From contig JAGVNI010000007.1 in assembly GCA_020053355.1 (NCBI GenBank), positions 5,557 to 69,556 of the forward strand: DNA of 64,000 nucleotides, written 5' to 3'. This DNA is from an archaeon (lineage in GTDB: Archaea > Micrarchaeota > Micrarchaeia > Anstonellales > Bilamarchaeaceae). Of this stretch, positions 18,868-28,706 are shown in pieces (positions within the stretch are counted from its first letter, which is position 1; each line of letters opens with the position of its first letter). Under the pieces are notes generated by a model. The model was not told the origin of the DNA. It saw only the letters and a program-made list of their open reading frames with translations, and did no database searches. The position numbers were made by a program, and so were the translations under genes.

Positions 18868-19914
18868 TGCGGCAATCTTGCCGAGCCCCTTCAGCTTAAT
18901 CCCGGCATCGCCTTCTGAAGAGAAGATGACTATCTCAGCTTTCGCCTGGTCCGCAAGTTCTACTACCGCCTCGGCATCCTTGTCGGCGCGCAGATACTCG
19001 TCCAGCACAAGCAGCTTCTTCACAGCGTATGCCTCGACCGCCTTCTTGACCTCCGAAATCCCGTATGCCGCCCGTCCGGTGTCCTTGTGCACCTCGATGA
19101 GAAGCTCCTCGACCAGCTTCATCTCCTTCTCGAAGCGCTCCTCGCCCATGATTTTCTCGATTACGCCCCGGTTGAACAGTTCGTTCACGCCACTCCGTTC
19201 GGCATAACTGACATTCTCGAAGATTATTCGCTTCAATAGCTCGGGCTTGCGCTTCTCGATGAACTTCTTCAGGTTCTCCTTCGCGAATCCCGGCCCGGCC
19301 ACCACGTATTTTTCCGGGTGGCGTTCAATCTCCGCGGCGATGTCGCCAAAATACTCGCCCTCGGACTTCTCGTAATTGTCGCCCTTCTTGCTCCCAGAGC
19401 TGTAGAACTCCGCCCCGTATTCCACGCCGAACGCCCTCAGCATGGCAGTCAGGGCCTTCTCCTCGTCCATGACGATTATGCGTATCCGCGGCCTCTTGGA
19501 TTCCTTTTCAGCTTCCTGAAGGCGCTTCAATTCGTGCCCTTTCCACACCTTTGTAATCTTGATGCGGTCCCCCGCTTCTACGTCTATCGTATGGTACTTG
19601 CCGAGCTGGATGTATTCCTCCGGCTCCCCCCAGACTATGGGGCCAAGGATGCGCAGGCGGTTCGCGTTCTTCGCGAACTCCACCCTCTCCACATTCACCC
19701 GGATGGTGACCGGCTTCTTCTCTTCCTTGGTGCCGACCTTGTAAGTGCGCATGCTGTGCGACTCGACCATGTCCCCCGGGGCAAGGACCTTGTCCAGGTG
19801 CCACATGTCGTCAAGCGTATCGACCTGGAGCTTCATCTCCCCGGTCTTCCTATCCAGATGCACCACTTTCATGCCATTACCTGCCAATTCAAGCTGCGAA
19901 TATTCCCTGTCCAA
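18835..19914 (-). CDS. pelA: Pelota (Dom34) mRNA-surveillance / ribosome-rescue factor
   Basis: 359 aa eRF1-like three-domain protein lacking a GGQ motif; matches archaeal Pelota throughout. The 3' end overlaps the convergent GNAT gene by 33 bp. Confidence 0.85.
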   Translation of the reverse strand: MDREYSQLELAGNGMKVVHLDRKTGEMKLQVDTLDDMWHLDKVLAPGDMVESHSMRTYKVGTKEEKKPVTIRVNVERVEFAKNANRLRILGPIVWGEPEEYIQLGKYHTIDVEAGDRIKITKVWKGHELKRLQEAEKESKRPRIRIIVMDEEKALTAMLRAFGVEYGAEFYSSGSKKGDNYEKSEGEYFGDIAAEIERHPEKYVVAGPGFAKENLKKFIEKRKPELLKRIIFENVSYAERSGVNELFNRGVIEKIMGEERFEKEMKLVEELLIEVHKDTGRAAYGISEVKKAVEAYAVKKLLVLDEYLRADKDAEAVVELADQAKAEIVIFSSEGDAGIKLKGLGKIAALLKFKLRDMQ

Positions 19915-19949
19915 CCGGATTTATTATCCCTTAGCATAAATACTGTTTT

Positions 19950-20714
19950 ATGGCCAAGTCGCAAAAAAAGCGGGTTAGCCGCCCTGGGAAATTGTCTGCA
20001 AAGAGAAAGCCCAGTTCACGCAGCCCAGTTCCTGATGCAAAACCGCTTCCAAGAAAGGAATTGCCGGTAGTGAGACCGACACCCATCGCCGTTCCCATTC
20101 AAATTCCCGACCCGGCGAAATCCACCTCCCCGCCGCCGGAAGGCCTCAAGATGTGCCAGGGCTGCCAGGCCGCCTGCTGCGACCTGAGGGTAGACCTCAC
20201 GCCCTTCGATATCGCCCGCATCGTCCACCAGGAGAACAGGAATCCCAACGAATTCGTCGAATTATTCCAGGCGCAGAATAACGACTCGTTCGGCTTCCGC
20301 ACCAAGCACGGCCGCGTGAAGATGATACTGAAGCGAGAGGGCGGCACATGCGTTTTCAAAAGCAGCGGCGACCTGAAATGTGTCATAGAGAAATCAAAGC
20401 CGGCCGTATGCCTCGTATACCCGTTCAGCGTGAATTACGGCATCCCGTACATACGGCGCGATGTCATCTGCCCAAAGGAGAACCGGGACCGGGCCGACCG
20501 TTCCAAGATGTCCCGGCAGACGATAAACGACAGCGGCTGGGAAGCCCGCCGCTACGAGGAAACCATATTCCTCTGGAACAAGCATGCCAAAGGCACGGAA
20601 GACCTAAGCCGTTTCCTTGCGTTCGCTGCCACTGAACTTGATGCCGACCGCTCCCCAATTAGCGGCCTGAAAAAGAATCTCGGGCGCTTCATGCTCAGGA
20701 TTGGCCTGCGCTGA
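19950..20714 (+). CDS. YkgJ-family CxxCxxCC putative Zn/Fe-binding protein with basic Pro-rich N-terminal tail
   Basis: CQGCQAACCDL motif (UPF0153/YkgJ family); about 65-aa Lys/Arg/Pro-rich low-complexity N-terminus; paralog at 61322..61879. Confidence 0.55.
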   Translation: MAKSQKKRVSRPGKLSAKRKPSSRSPVPDAKPLPRKELPVVRPTPIAVPIQIPDPAKSTSPPPEGLKMCQGCQAACCDLRVDLTPFDIARIVHQENRNPNEFVELFQAQNNDSFGFRTKHGRVKMILKREGGTCVFKSSGDLKCVIEKSKPAVCLVYPFSVNYGIPYIRRDVICPKENRDRADRSKMSRQTINDSGWEARRYEETIFLWNKHAKGTEDLSRFLAFAATELDADRSPISGLKKNLGRFMLRIGLR

Positions 20715-21252
20715 ATGCGCTGATTATGCCCTCAAGGCTCCCGTTGATGCCGAACCTGTCTGTTATTATCGTGCCGTTAACCAGGACCTGCGGCACAAGC
20801 CTCTGGCTCTGGCTGAGGTTCGATTCGTTCGCGAACTGCTGGTAAGCCCAGGTGCCGTTTTGCGTCGTGATGTCGAATTCCCTCCATTCGACATCCCCGT
20901 ATCTCTCCTCAAGCCGGGTCATGTCCGGCCGGAGCGCCTTGCATGCCGAGCAGTATGTTGAATAGAAGTAATTGACGATGAGCCTGCCATCCGGCGTGGT
21001 GGTGTTGGTGAAGTCGAAGCGGGGCGGCACGAACGGCTTGGTATCGGTGTTCATGACGTCGCTGGCGTTCCGCGAGAACGAGAGGTTCAAGGTGCTAGGT
21101 AATGACGGCGTTTGTTCGGGCTGAACCTGCGGTTCCGATGGCGATGCGTCGGCGGTGGTATTCGCGCCGGTTGCGGGGCTTTTCGCCGCGCATCCGAGAA
21201 GGAGCAGTATTATCGCGGTGAAAGTGACGGTGATTGCGATGGCGCTTCTCAT
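20695..21252 (-). CDS. secreted/membrane-anchored thioredoxin-fold protein
   Basis: Signal/anchor MRSAIAITVTFTAIILLLLGC when started at the internal ATG (21252); thioredoxin-like YFYSTYCSACKAL (CxxC) followed by a ...VPQVLVNG block; 9 N-x-S/T sequons. Confidence 0.55.
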   Translation of the reverse strand: MRSAIAITVTFTAIILLLLGCAAKSPATGANTTADASPSEPQVQPEQTPSLPSTLNLSFSRNASDVMNTDTKPFVPPRFDFTNTTTPDGRLIVNYFYSTYCSACKALRPDMTRLEERYGDVEWREFDITTQNGTWAYQQFANESNLSQSQRLVPQVLVNGTIITDRFGINGSLEGIISAFSAGQS

Positions 21253-21414
21253 AATTCCATATCCGCGTGCAGGATTATAACTGTTATCGCAAGCCGGCGG
21301 GCGTTCGATTCCCATATGGGGCCCCACAAAATCCGGCATGATTTTTGTGGTTTGGAAGCACATTATCGGATTAATCTATTTATTGCCAACACACTCCGGC
21401 TTTTTGGGGATGAT

Positions 21415-24400
21415 ATGCGTTTAACGCTTGTTTTGGCTCTGCTCGCATTGCTTCCAATATCGGCAGCGGAATTTTCGCGCCCGTGGGAAAACGAATCATG
21501 GGTTTCATCGAATCCGAACATCTGGACATTCGGGAAATCGTACTGGTGGAATCTCCCAGAATTCCAAAAAACGCTTGATGGCGCCAGGCTGGTGGAAACG
21601 TCCAGGCTTGAACTCGGGGACACGGCCGCAAGCCATGTCTTTGCGGCGAAAACAAGTTATGAAAAGGCAGAAAAAGACCTGGATATCTGCACCGCGACAA
21701 TCCTGCTTTCCCTGGGGTACTTTCCTATCAACCCTTGCATGGCATTTGTCTCGGTCTTCGCTAATTCATCGGGCTGCTTGTCATACCGTTCGGACTGGAT
21801 ATCCACTGCAGACTCGATGCTGTTAGCCACCGAATATAGCATAGAGTCCGCGGATGAGGAAGTGTCGGTTGCACGGGCGGATTTCGAGCGGATGCGCTTT
21901 GCCGGCCTATGCGATGATAACTACACCGGACCGGGAAGCGGGAGCTGCGCCGAATTGATTGGGGCATTTCGCAGCGTCGACAACAACATCATGGAAGGCG
22001 ACTACGGGAAATACGCGCTGATGACGGACTATTCCCAGGCTCTTGAACAGGGGCTCCAATCCCAAATTCCGGACATCTCGGCTTCCGCATCGATTCTCGG
22101 GCTCGTCTGGGGCGAAGACGGGGTGATGGATTCATTCCGGCATGCCCAGAACCTCACCCGCAAAGCTGTCTCTGAAGCAGAAACCGGATACCTGCAGGGT
22201 TTGGCAAGCGCCCAATCCCGGAAACAGCTTGCCGAGAAAGGCATGGTGAAATTGGAAGATGACGGAGTCGTGGACATAACCCGCGCCTCCTCCGGATTCA
22301 CATCGGGCGGAACGGGGTCGATAACGGACAGGTACGCCTCGTTAAAGGAAGAATCCCGGCGCTTGGACTCATCCCTTGCCGAATCGAAAGTGGCCCATTC
22401 AAGAAGCCTGGACCGCGGGTATCTGGCTGGCGCCATTTCTGGGATTGAAGCGGCAGAAGACGGCTATTCGTCTCTTCTTCAGGGCATCGAAGGCCTGGGG
22501 CAGGATGCCCGGGCTGCCGTGGAAGAGCAGAAGGAAGAAGCGGAAACCGAATTGTCAAGGGCAGAAAAATGCCTTGCCTCGGGCGGGGTAGGCCGGGAGG
22601 GATATGCGCTGTACGATGAAGCGGCCGCTTCATTCGATTCTGCCGGGAGCGCGGGCACCCTCGGCGGCCGTTTCGAGCGGTATTCGAAAGCTGCTGCGCT
22701 TGCCCGCTCAGCCTGCGATGCAAAAAGCTATGATGATGAGTTGGACGACCTCGCATCCCTCGCGTACCTGAAGACTCTCATTGAACTCGCTGAAAAAGAC
22801 CAGATAAACGTGGCAAGCGAGAAAGAAAGCATAAAACTCATCCCCTCACTCCCCCCATCCATGCGTGGCGACGCGGCCCGTGATTCTGTCGACAGCATAA
22901 CCTCCAAAGCGCGTCTTAGGTACGAAGAAGGGCTGCTAAGCAGCCGGAAAAGGATACTCGATAAATTGTCGCTGGCAGGCCCTGGCCCCGCTGACCTTTT
23001 CACCGACCTTGCAGATTGCGAGGCCGGGCTGATTGGCGAAGACGGCCTGGCGCTCCCGGATTCAATCGGACATCTGAAAAAACTGGGCGCGGACTACGCC
23101 CAGCTGGAAGAGACAATCGATGCGTATATGAATGACATCGTAGGCAACGCGATGTCGACCCATGCCGACCCCCTCATAACCTCGGTGCGTCTCGATATGC
23201 CCGCAGAAATAATGCTTGATGCGGTGATGAGCAACCCGCGCCCATACAATGCAACTTCGGTGAACGCATTCATTTCGATGGATTCTCCCGCGCAGTTCGT
23301 CTATAATGACATCTCGGAGGGGAAGGACGGAGTGGAAAGCGTCAGGTCCGCAGACGGGGGGAGGAGCATCGTGCTTGTTCTGGCTTCCGTAGGCCCGTTT
23401 GAAACGAAGCGTGTCGTCTTCCGCAAGGAAAGCGTGCTTGCCCATACGATTTCATCATCATCTAGTGCAGCAGGCCTTGGCGACGGGAAGGCCAGCGTGG
23501 ATGGGCGGATTGATTTCGAACTTGAGATGGACGTCAATTCCCTCGAACTTCCGGAGGATTTTGAAGGAGGCCAAATTGACGGAATGCCTCCCAACCGTCT
23601 TCTATCGGCAGGAAAACATGCGGTGGTTTACGGGAAGGTCGTCTTGGACGCGTACAACGAGACGGTTGAAAACATCAAGGTGAACCGCATCGGAACGAAC
23701 AGCAAAGTCGAATATGACGTCCGCATCGCACCCGCGATGGACCTTGACAGCGTTCCGGTTTTCCTTAGCAGCGTCAATGATTCGCGCATCACGGCATTCA
23801 GCGTCGTTTGCATCAGCGGCGAGCCTGTCCGGGAAAAGGCGCGCATATCCGACACCCAGTACTCGGCCAAGGTCGCCGGGCTGAAACAAGGCAAGGATGC
23901 AGTCCTCAGGGTTAGCTACAGCATAGAAGATACGGAATCCTTCGTAAGGGAGCGGCTAAGCAGTATGGAAGGATTGGACATGGGCCCTTCCGCCAATGAA
24001 CTGCTCGGGCAGGCAAAGCTGCAGGCTGCCGCCGGGAATTTCAGCGAAGCGCTCACATTCATCGAAAAAGCGGTCGCAGCCGCCCAGCAGCAGGAAAAAG
24101 AGGACGCAAAAATGAAGGAACGCAGCGACACGCTCGAAAAGAGCATCCGTGACGAGCTTGGCCTCCTTGACGCCGCGCTTTCATCAACGAATTCCTCATC
24201 CCCCCTTATGCAGAAGCTTTCCACGCGAAGAGCGGAGCTCCAACGCATCCTGGCCGAGGCAGGCGGCCTGAACCAGGGCGAAAAAACCGAAGCGCTTGGG
24301 AAGGCAGACCTGAACTGGCTTGCCAAGGAGCTGACCGCGTTCAAGAAGGAATCGTATACTGCGTATAACGACCTGAAAGAGCGCTTCTATCTGGCAGGCA

Positions 24401-25254
24401 ACACGACAACCCCGGCCGAATTCCTGCTTTTCGAGGACGCGTTCCGGAAGCTGGAGAGCGGCGGCCGGCTGGAATACGCCGTCGGGGTCCTTACCGCGCT
24501 GGATGGTGCGCGAGCGCTCGTGGTCTTGCAGGAATCAGCATCATCAGCGCAGAAAAACGGTTTCAAGTCGCTTCTTGAGAACGTCAAAGCGGATGCGCAG
24601 GATGCCCTTGAAAGATACCTGAAGCAGGCGGCAGCGGCAAAAGGCACGGATTATAGCAGTTTCTTCACCGAGAGCGAGAAAAAGGTGGAAACGCAAATTG
24701 AAGACGCGGAAGATGCCGCCGACGGCGAGCCGCGCGTGTTTCTCCCAAAGCTTGACGCGCTCAATAGGAGCCGCGGAAGGATGGAGATGATTCTGGCTTC
24801 GCTAAAAAACGAGAGCGAAGCGCGGCTTTCCATGCTTGAGTCAATAATCGCCTCGAAAGAAATTCCCGCCGAACGCAGGGCCGCTTTGGAATCCAAGGCA
24901 GACTCCATGCGCGGCATGATTTCCCAAGGCGATTATGTCAATGCCCTGCGCGCAGGAAGCGCGATATCCAAGGAGCTAGATTCGCAGGAGCAGGGCGGAG
25001 GGAACGGGGTGCTTGTGCTGGGCGTGACTGCGATGGCGGTTCTGGCCGCTGTCGGCGTCTATATCTCGAGGCAGCCGAGACAGAAGAAAGAATTGAAGAA
25101 GCTCACTTCTTTTTCTGGGCTGGGGCCGCAGTCGAAGCTGCATCATCAGGCCGCACAAGGACCGCAGGGTCATTCGCCTCGAAGCTCACCCGCGCCCGAC
25201 CGCCATCAGCACTCTCCACGCGGAGATTCCACACCGGAAGCCCCCTCAGCTTGA
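21415..25254 (+). CDS. very large secreted coiled-coil-rich surface protein with C-terminal TM anchor
   Basis: Signal peptide MRLTLVLALLALLPISAAEF; about 1280 aa rich in Ala/Glu/Leu/Ser with many sequons; hydrophobic helix VLVLGVTAMAVLAAVGVYI near the C-terminus followed by a basic tail. The upstream part of ORF 21112..25254 overlaps the divergent Trx-like gene and is rejected. Confidence 0.5.
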   Translation: MRLTLVLALLALLPISAAEFSRPWENESWVSSNPNIWTFGKSYWWNLPEFQKTLDGARLVETSRLELGDTAASHVFAAKTSYEKAEKDLDICTATILLSLGYFPINPCMAFVSVFANSSGCLSYRSDWISTADSMLLATEYSIESADEEVSVARADFERMRFAGLCDDNYTGPGSGSCAELIGAFRSVDNNIMEGDYGKYALMTDYSQALEQGLQSQIPDISASASILGLVWGEDGVMDSFRHAQNLTRKAVSEAETGYLQGLASAQSRKQLAEKGMVKLEDDGVVDITRASSGFTSGGTGSITDRYASLKEESRRLDSSLAESKVAHSRSLDRGYLAGAISGIEAAEDGYSSLLQGIEGLGQDARAAVEEQKEEAETELSRAEKCLASGGVGREGYALYDEAAASFDSAGSAGTLGGRFERYSKAAALARSACDAKSYDDELDDLASLAYLKTLIELAEKDQINVASEKESIKLIPSLPPSMRGDAARDSVDSITSKARLRYEEGLLSSRKRILDKLSLAGPGPADLFTDLADCEAGLIGEDGLALPDSIGHLKKLGADYAQLEETIDAYMNDIVGNAMSTHADPLITSVRLDMPAEIMLDAVMSNPRPYNATSVNAFISMDSPAQFVYNDISEGKDGVESVRSADGGRSIVLVLASVGPFETKRVVFRKESVLAHTISSSSSAAGLGDGKASVDGRIDFELEMDVNSLELPEDFEGGQIDGMPPNRLLSAGKHAVVYGKVVLDAYNETVENIKVNRIGTNSKVEYDVRIAPAMDLDSVPVFLSSVNDSRITAFSVVCISGEPVREKARISDTQYSAKVAGLKQGKDAVLRVSYSIEDTESFVRERLSSMEGLDMGPSANELLGQAKLQAAAGNFSEALTFIEKAVAAAQQQEKEDAKMKERSDTLEKSIRDELGLLDAALSSTNSSSPLMQKLSTRRAELQRILAEAGGLNQGEKTEALGKADLNWLAKELTAFKKESYTAYNDLKERFYLAGNTTTPAEFLLFEDAFRKLESGGRLEYAVGVLTALDGARALVVLQESASSAQKNGFKSLLENVKADAQDALERYLKQAAAAKGTDYSSFFTESEKKVETQIEDAEDAADGEPRVFLPKLDALNRSRGRMEMILASLKNESEARLSMLESIIASKEIPAERRAALESKADSMRGMISQGDYVNALRAGSAISKELDSQEQGGGNGVLVLGVTAMAVLAAVGVYISRQPRQKKELKKLTSFSGLGPQSKLHHQAAQGPQGHSPRSSPAPDRHQHSPRGDSTPEAPSA

Positions 25255-25792
25255 ACATGTCGCCTTCGGATGTTCCGTCAAAGTTGAACCTCACGGTCGC
25301 AAGGTCGACGCGGGTCCGCTCAGCCGGGACTGCGGTCACAATCCTCTCTATCTCATAGACCATCGCAACGCCCCGCTCGTCAATCTGCGCGACTTCCAGG
25401 CGTGCGGCGTCCATCACAACCGCCCTGCCGGTCCGCATCGAAAGGATTTCATCCCCAAAGGACACGGTTATGCTGTATTGCTTAGTCGGGTTGGCGGTCA
25501 GCGTCTGCGGCGCGACCAGGCCATCCGAAACGCAGGAATAGAACGCATCCTCGTTGAGGGCGTTGCTCTCCCGGCACGTTGTAACTATGCTTTCGATTAT
25601 GCAGTTCTGGACGCGGGTCCTCTGCTCCCTCTGGCATCTTTCCGTCGGGGTCTGCGGCCTCTGCGCGGCGGCTGTCTGGGTGGCTGCCGGCCTTGCGGCA
25701 GTTGCCGGAGCCTGCGTCGTCGCGCATCCTGCGAGCATGCCGACTGCCATCCCTGTGATTGCGAGATTCCTCATCCTGGAGTTGAACGTCAT
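25103..25792 (-). CDS. putative secreted lipoprotein
   Basis: N-terminal MTFNSRMRNLAITGMAVGMLAGC (lipobox-like LAGC); TATA-like ttttaaatag about 21 bp upstream; the 3' end overlaps the convergent large surface-protein ORF by 152 bp. Confidence 0.45.
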   Translation of the reverse strand: MTFNSRMRNLAITGMAVGMLAGCATTQAPATAARPAATQTAAAQRPQTPTERCQREQRTRVQNCIIESIVTTCRESNALNEDAFYSCVSDGLVAPQTLTANPTKQYSITVSFGDEILSMRTGRAVVMDAARLEVAQIDERGVAMVYEIERIVTAVPAERTRVDLATVRFNFDGTSEGDMFKLRGLPVWNLRVESADGGRARVSFEANDPAVLVRPDDAASTAAPAQKKK

Positions 25793-25872
25793 GGAATAAC
25801 TAGTGCCTGGAACTATTTAAAACACTTTTGGCCAGCAAAAAACACAAATAAAAAGGGAAAAAGAAGAAAATC

Positions 25873-26178
25873 CTATTTCTTCGTGACCTTCTCCTCCTTC
25901 ATCACTATCTTCGCAACCATGAATATCACGAAGGCGATGATGACGAAGTTGATGAATGAGGCGAGGAAAGCGCCGAGAAGGAGCTTGAACGGGCCCACAT
26001 CTATCGCGGTCGTCTGCCAGTCCCCGGCCGGCATCAGCGGGGCGATTAGCGGCATGATTATGTTGCTTACGAGCGACTTGACCAAATCCGTCGCCGCCGC
26101 GCCCATGATGAACGCGATTGCGAGCCCGACCACCTTGTATTCGTTCAGGAAATCCTTGAATTCGCTGATTATTCCCAT
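25873..26178 (-). CDS. mscL: large-conductance mechanosensitive channel
   Basis: MGIISEFKDFLNEYKVVGLAIAFIMGAA...LVSNIIMP matches the conserved MscL TM1/periplasmic loop; short 101-aa form. Confidence 0.8.
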   Translation of the reverse strand: MGIISEFKDFLNEYKVVGLAIAFIMGAAATDLVKSLVSNIIMPLIAPLMPAGDWQTTAIDVGPFKLLLGAFLASFINFVIIAFVIFMVAKIVMKEEKVTKK

Positions 26179-26219
26179 AAATACACCATCCGAATGCTTG
26201 CCTATCCTCCATGATTATT

Positions 26220-26936
26220 TTAACCCTGCCTGTACCGGCCAAGGTGCGTGTAAACGTCAGCTGCGGTCTTGATTCCCACAAAAAGCGCTAGAACGATGAA
26301 CTTCCCCAGCCACTGTGCCGCCGCCAAGCCCGGCCCCTGGAAAAGCGCCTCGGCAATCATCCCGAGGAACTCAAGCGGTATCATCAGGAATCCGGAGATT
26401 ATGATGGTCAGGTGCATCGGTATTATCCGCGAATAAGGGGCGGTCATCACGCGCTTGAGGTTCTCCTCTGTCCGGGCGAGCTCAGATGGTTTTCCGAGCA
26501 CGTTCGTCACGAACGAGTATCCATGGCTAAGGGCCAGGATGAGCGCAGTGACTCCCATCCCCAGCAAATTCGGATTGTCAATCACGAACCAGGGCATCAC
26601 CGAAAGGAAGAGCGCGTACGCCCCGTGGAACATGCCGTAATGGATGCAGAAGAATATCGCATAGCCGTAGGCGCCGGCCGGTGAACCCTCCTTTGGGACC
26701 GAAACCGGGCGGCGCGCCATCACGAAGAAAGCGAGGACGGTATATGCGCCGATGACGATGCTCTCGAGCCAGTATACCCAGATGATTTCCGCCGGGTCCA
26801 GGCCGAATGCCGCCGCTGTAATAAGCGTGAGGGCGTTGCTTGCAAGGAGGACCTGCGCTGAAGGCGGAATCCTGTTCCACCTGAATCCTCTCACATCCTC
26901 AGCTATTGCATCCAAGTTCACGCTTGGGAAATCCAC
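26220..26936 (-). CDS. hypothetical polytopic membrane protein
   Basis: 238 aa, about 7 predicted hydrophobic helices, no motif recognised. Confidence 0.4.
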   Translation of the reverse strand: MDFPSVNLDAIAEDVRGFRWNRIPPSAQVLLASNALTLITAAAFGLDPAEIIWVYWLESIVIGAYTVLAFFVMARRPVSVPKEGSPAGAYGYAIFFCIHYGMFHGAYALFLSVMPWFVIDNPNLLGMGVTALILALSHGYSFVTNVLGKPSELARTEENLKRVMTAPYSRIIPMHLTIIISGFLMIPLEFLGMIAEALFQGPGLAAAQWLGKFIVLALFVGIKTAADVYTHLGRYRQG

Positions 26937-26982
26937 GGAAAAAAATTAAAATGGGGATATCCGGGGGGGGGGGGCTGGGCAG

Positions 26983-28569
26983 TCATCCGAGGTCAGCTGC
27001 GAACGCATCGACGGATTTAAGGAACGCTTCCGTCTCCTCCGTGTTCGTCAGGCCGGTCACCCTTATCAGGCTGGGGTGGTTCGACCACCGCTTTTGCGGC
27101 AGGAACGACTGCCCCGGCACGCAGTTGACCACCGGCACGCCCGGCGCATCGAGTGCGAATTCGCCGAATGCCACAGCCTGGTTGAAGCCGCTGCCATACC
27201 TTTCGCTGAGCCTCGAAAACCCGAAGAGCAGGTAGAACGACGAAAGCGTGTCCGGTTCAATCCCCCCGTTCTTTCCCGCATGGTCGTAGTATTTCGCGAG
27301 ATAGACGCCCTTGATTCCGCTTAATGCCTCCGCGACGCGCACGAGGTTCGTATTGATGAGTTCCCGTCGCCGATTGAAGAAGGCAATCGTTTCCTCCATC
27401 AACGCCGGGTCATTCTCGAGCTTGTCGAAGAAATTATTGAACGCCATCTGGAGCGGCAATCCCACGACGCCGAGGGTGGGCAGGAGCTTGTTCTCTATCG
27501 CCTTGAAATAATCCGCCCGATGGTCCGGAAAAAAGTCCTCCGGCCAGTGGATAGCAAGCTTGCCAAGCCTCCATCCGCATGTGCCATACCCCTTCGACGA
27601 CGTGTCAAGTACCACGACCGGCGCCCGGACCTTGTGCTCAATCGCGATTTGGATGGGGTCAAGCGGCTTCCCGTCCCTCCGGAACGCCTCGTATGCCACA
27701 TCCACAATCGCAAGTATCGGCCTTCCCGCCTTCAGGCCGGCATCGCCAATCATGTTCAGGTGCTCGAGGATGTCCGCCTGCGTCATCGCTGCTCCGACCG
27801 GGTTCCCGATGGGTGTGAAGACGACTGCCTGCACCTGATGGTCCATGCGGCGCTCATCTGATAAAATGCGCCTCAGGCTCTCGCCGTCAGGCCTTCCGTC
27901 GTCGCGGCACTCGTAGCTCTCGATATGCGCCCCCCGGTAATACGCCGCGCCAAGGTGGATGATGTACGTCCAGTCATGGACGACCGCGGTATCTTCAGGT
28001 GCGAGAATCGCCGGGCCCATCGCCAGTTCGGCCGCATAGCTCCCGCCCGCGGTCACATAAACGCGGACATCCTTGAACCTGTCGGGGTCGTTGTGTGCGC
28101 TTTTCGGGTCAGAGAAACCCATCCGTTTAAGCTTTTCAAGAAGCGGCGGATAGCCGAACGAGTGCGTATATCCTGCGCTTTCCCTGACTATCGACTCGTC
28201 TTCCATCGCAAGCTGGCCCTTGCATTCAATCACCCGCCGGTTCGGGGGGTAGTCGCTGTATGCGCTCGGGTTGCCTAGTGACATTCCGAGTATCTCCTTG
28301 GAGCCGTCACCCGCAAGCCCGCGCTTCTTCACTTCCCTCCAGACGCCTTCAGGCCCGAACTTGCCCCGGAAGCGGCGGAATTCGGCAGCGCCCATGCTGG
28401 TTTCCAATACAGCAAGGTTCCTTTCTGTGGCCTTGCGCAGGACGTCCTCGAGGCCGGTCCTCCGCAACGTGGTCAGCCCCATCCTCCCGTACGTCCTTGC
28501 CGCGTGGTCCCTGAACCTTTCAGTCCGAAAGTAATCCCCGTTTCCCATATGGCTTCGCCTCCCAACCAT
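26983..28569 (-). CDS. PLP-dependent aminotransferase (class I/II fold), long form
   Basis: SSKGYGTCGWRLG (Schiff-base Lys in the SxSK..G..G.R.G context), GNP/D-Y motifs; 528 aa with extended N-terminus. Confidence 0.6.
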   Translation of the reverse strand: MVGRRSHMGNGDYFRTERFRDHAARTYGRMGLTTLRRTGLEDVLRKATERNLAVLETSMGAAEFRRFRGKFGPEGVWREVKKRGLAGDGSKEILGMSLGNPSAYSDYPPNRRVIECKGQLAMEDESIVRESAGYTHSFGYPPLLEKLKRMGFSDPKSAHNDPDRFKDVRVYVTAGGSYAAELAMGPAILAPEDTAVVHDWTYIIHLGAAYYRGAHIESYECRDDGRPDGESLRRILSDERRMDHQVQAVVFTPIGNPVGAAMTQADILEHLNMIGDAGLKAGRPILAIVDVAYEAFRRDGKPLDPIQIAIEHKVRAPVVVLDTSSKGYGTCGWRLGKLAIHWPEDFFPDHRADYFKAIENKLLPTLGVVGLPLQMAFNNFFDKLENDPALMEETIAFFNRRRELINTNLVRVAEALSGIKGVYLAKYYDHAGKNGGIEPDTLSSFYLLFGFSRLSERYGSGFNQAVAFGEFALDAPGVPVVNCVPGQSFLPQKRWSNHPSLIRVTGLTNTEETEAFLKSVDAFAADLG

Positions 28570-28649
28570 GGATATATGTGATAATTAGGCAACCAACTTG
28601 GGTGGAAGCTTTTTATGCCCTTCTGGGATTTCCGGGACGGTTGTCGTAA

Positions 28650-28706
28650 TTCGTAAAGGAATAGTTATGTAAAAAAACCTAAAAAAAGAAAAGAAGATAA
28701 ACAAAC
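28650..28706 (-). terminator. oligo-T terminator region downstream of radA
   Basis: On the radA mRNA strand the sequence after the stop is T-rich (…tttatcttcttttctttttttaggttttttt…), the usual archaeal intrinsic terminator signal. Confidence 0.5.
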
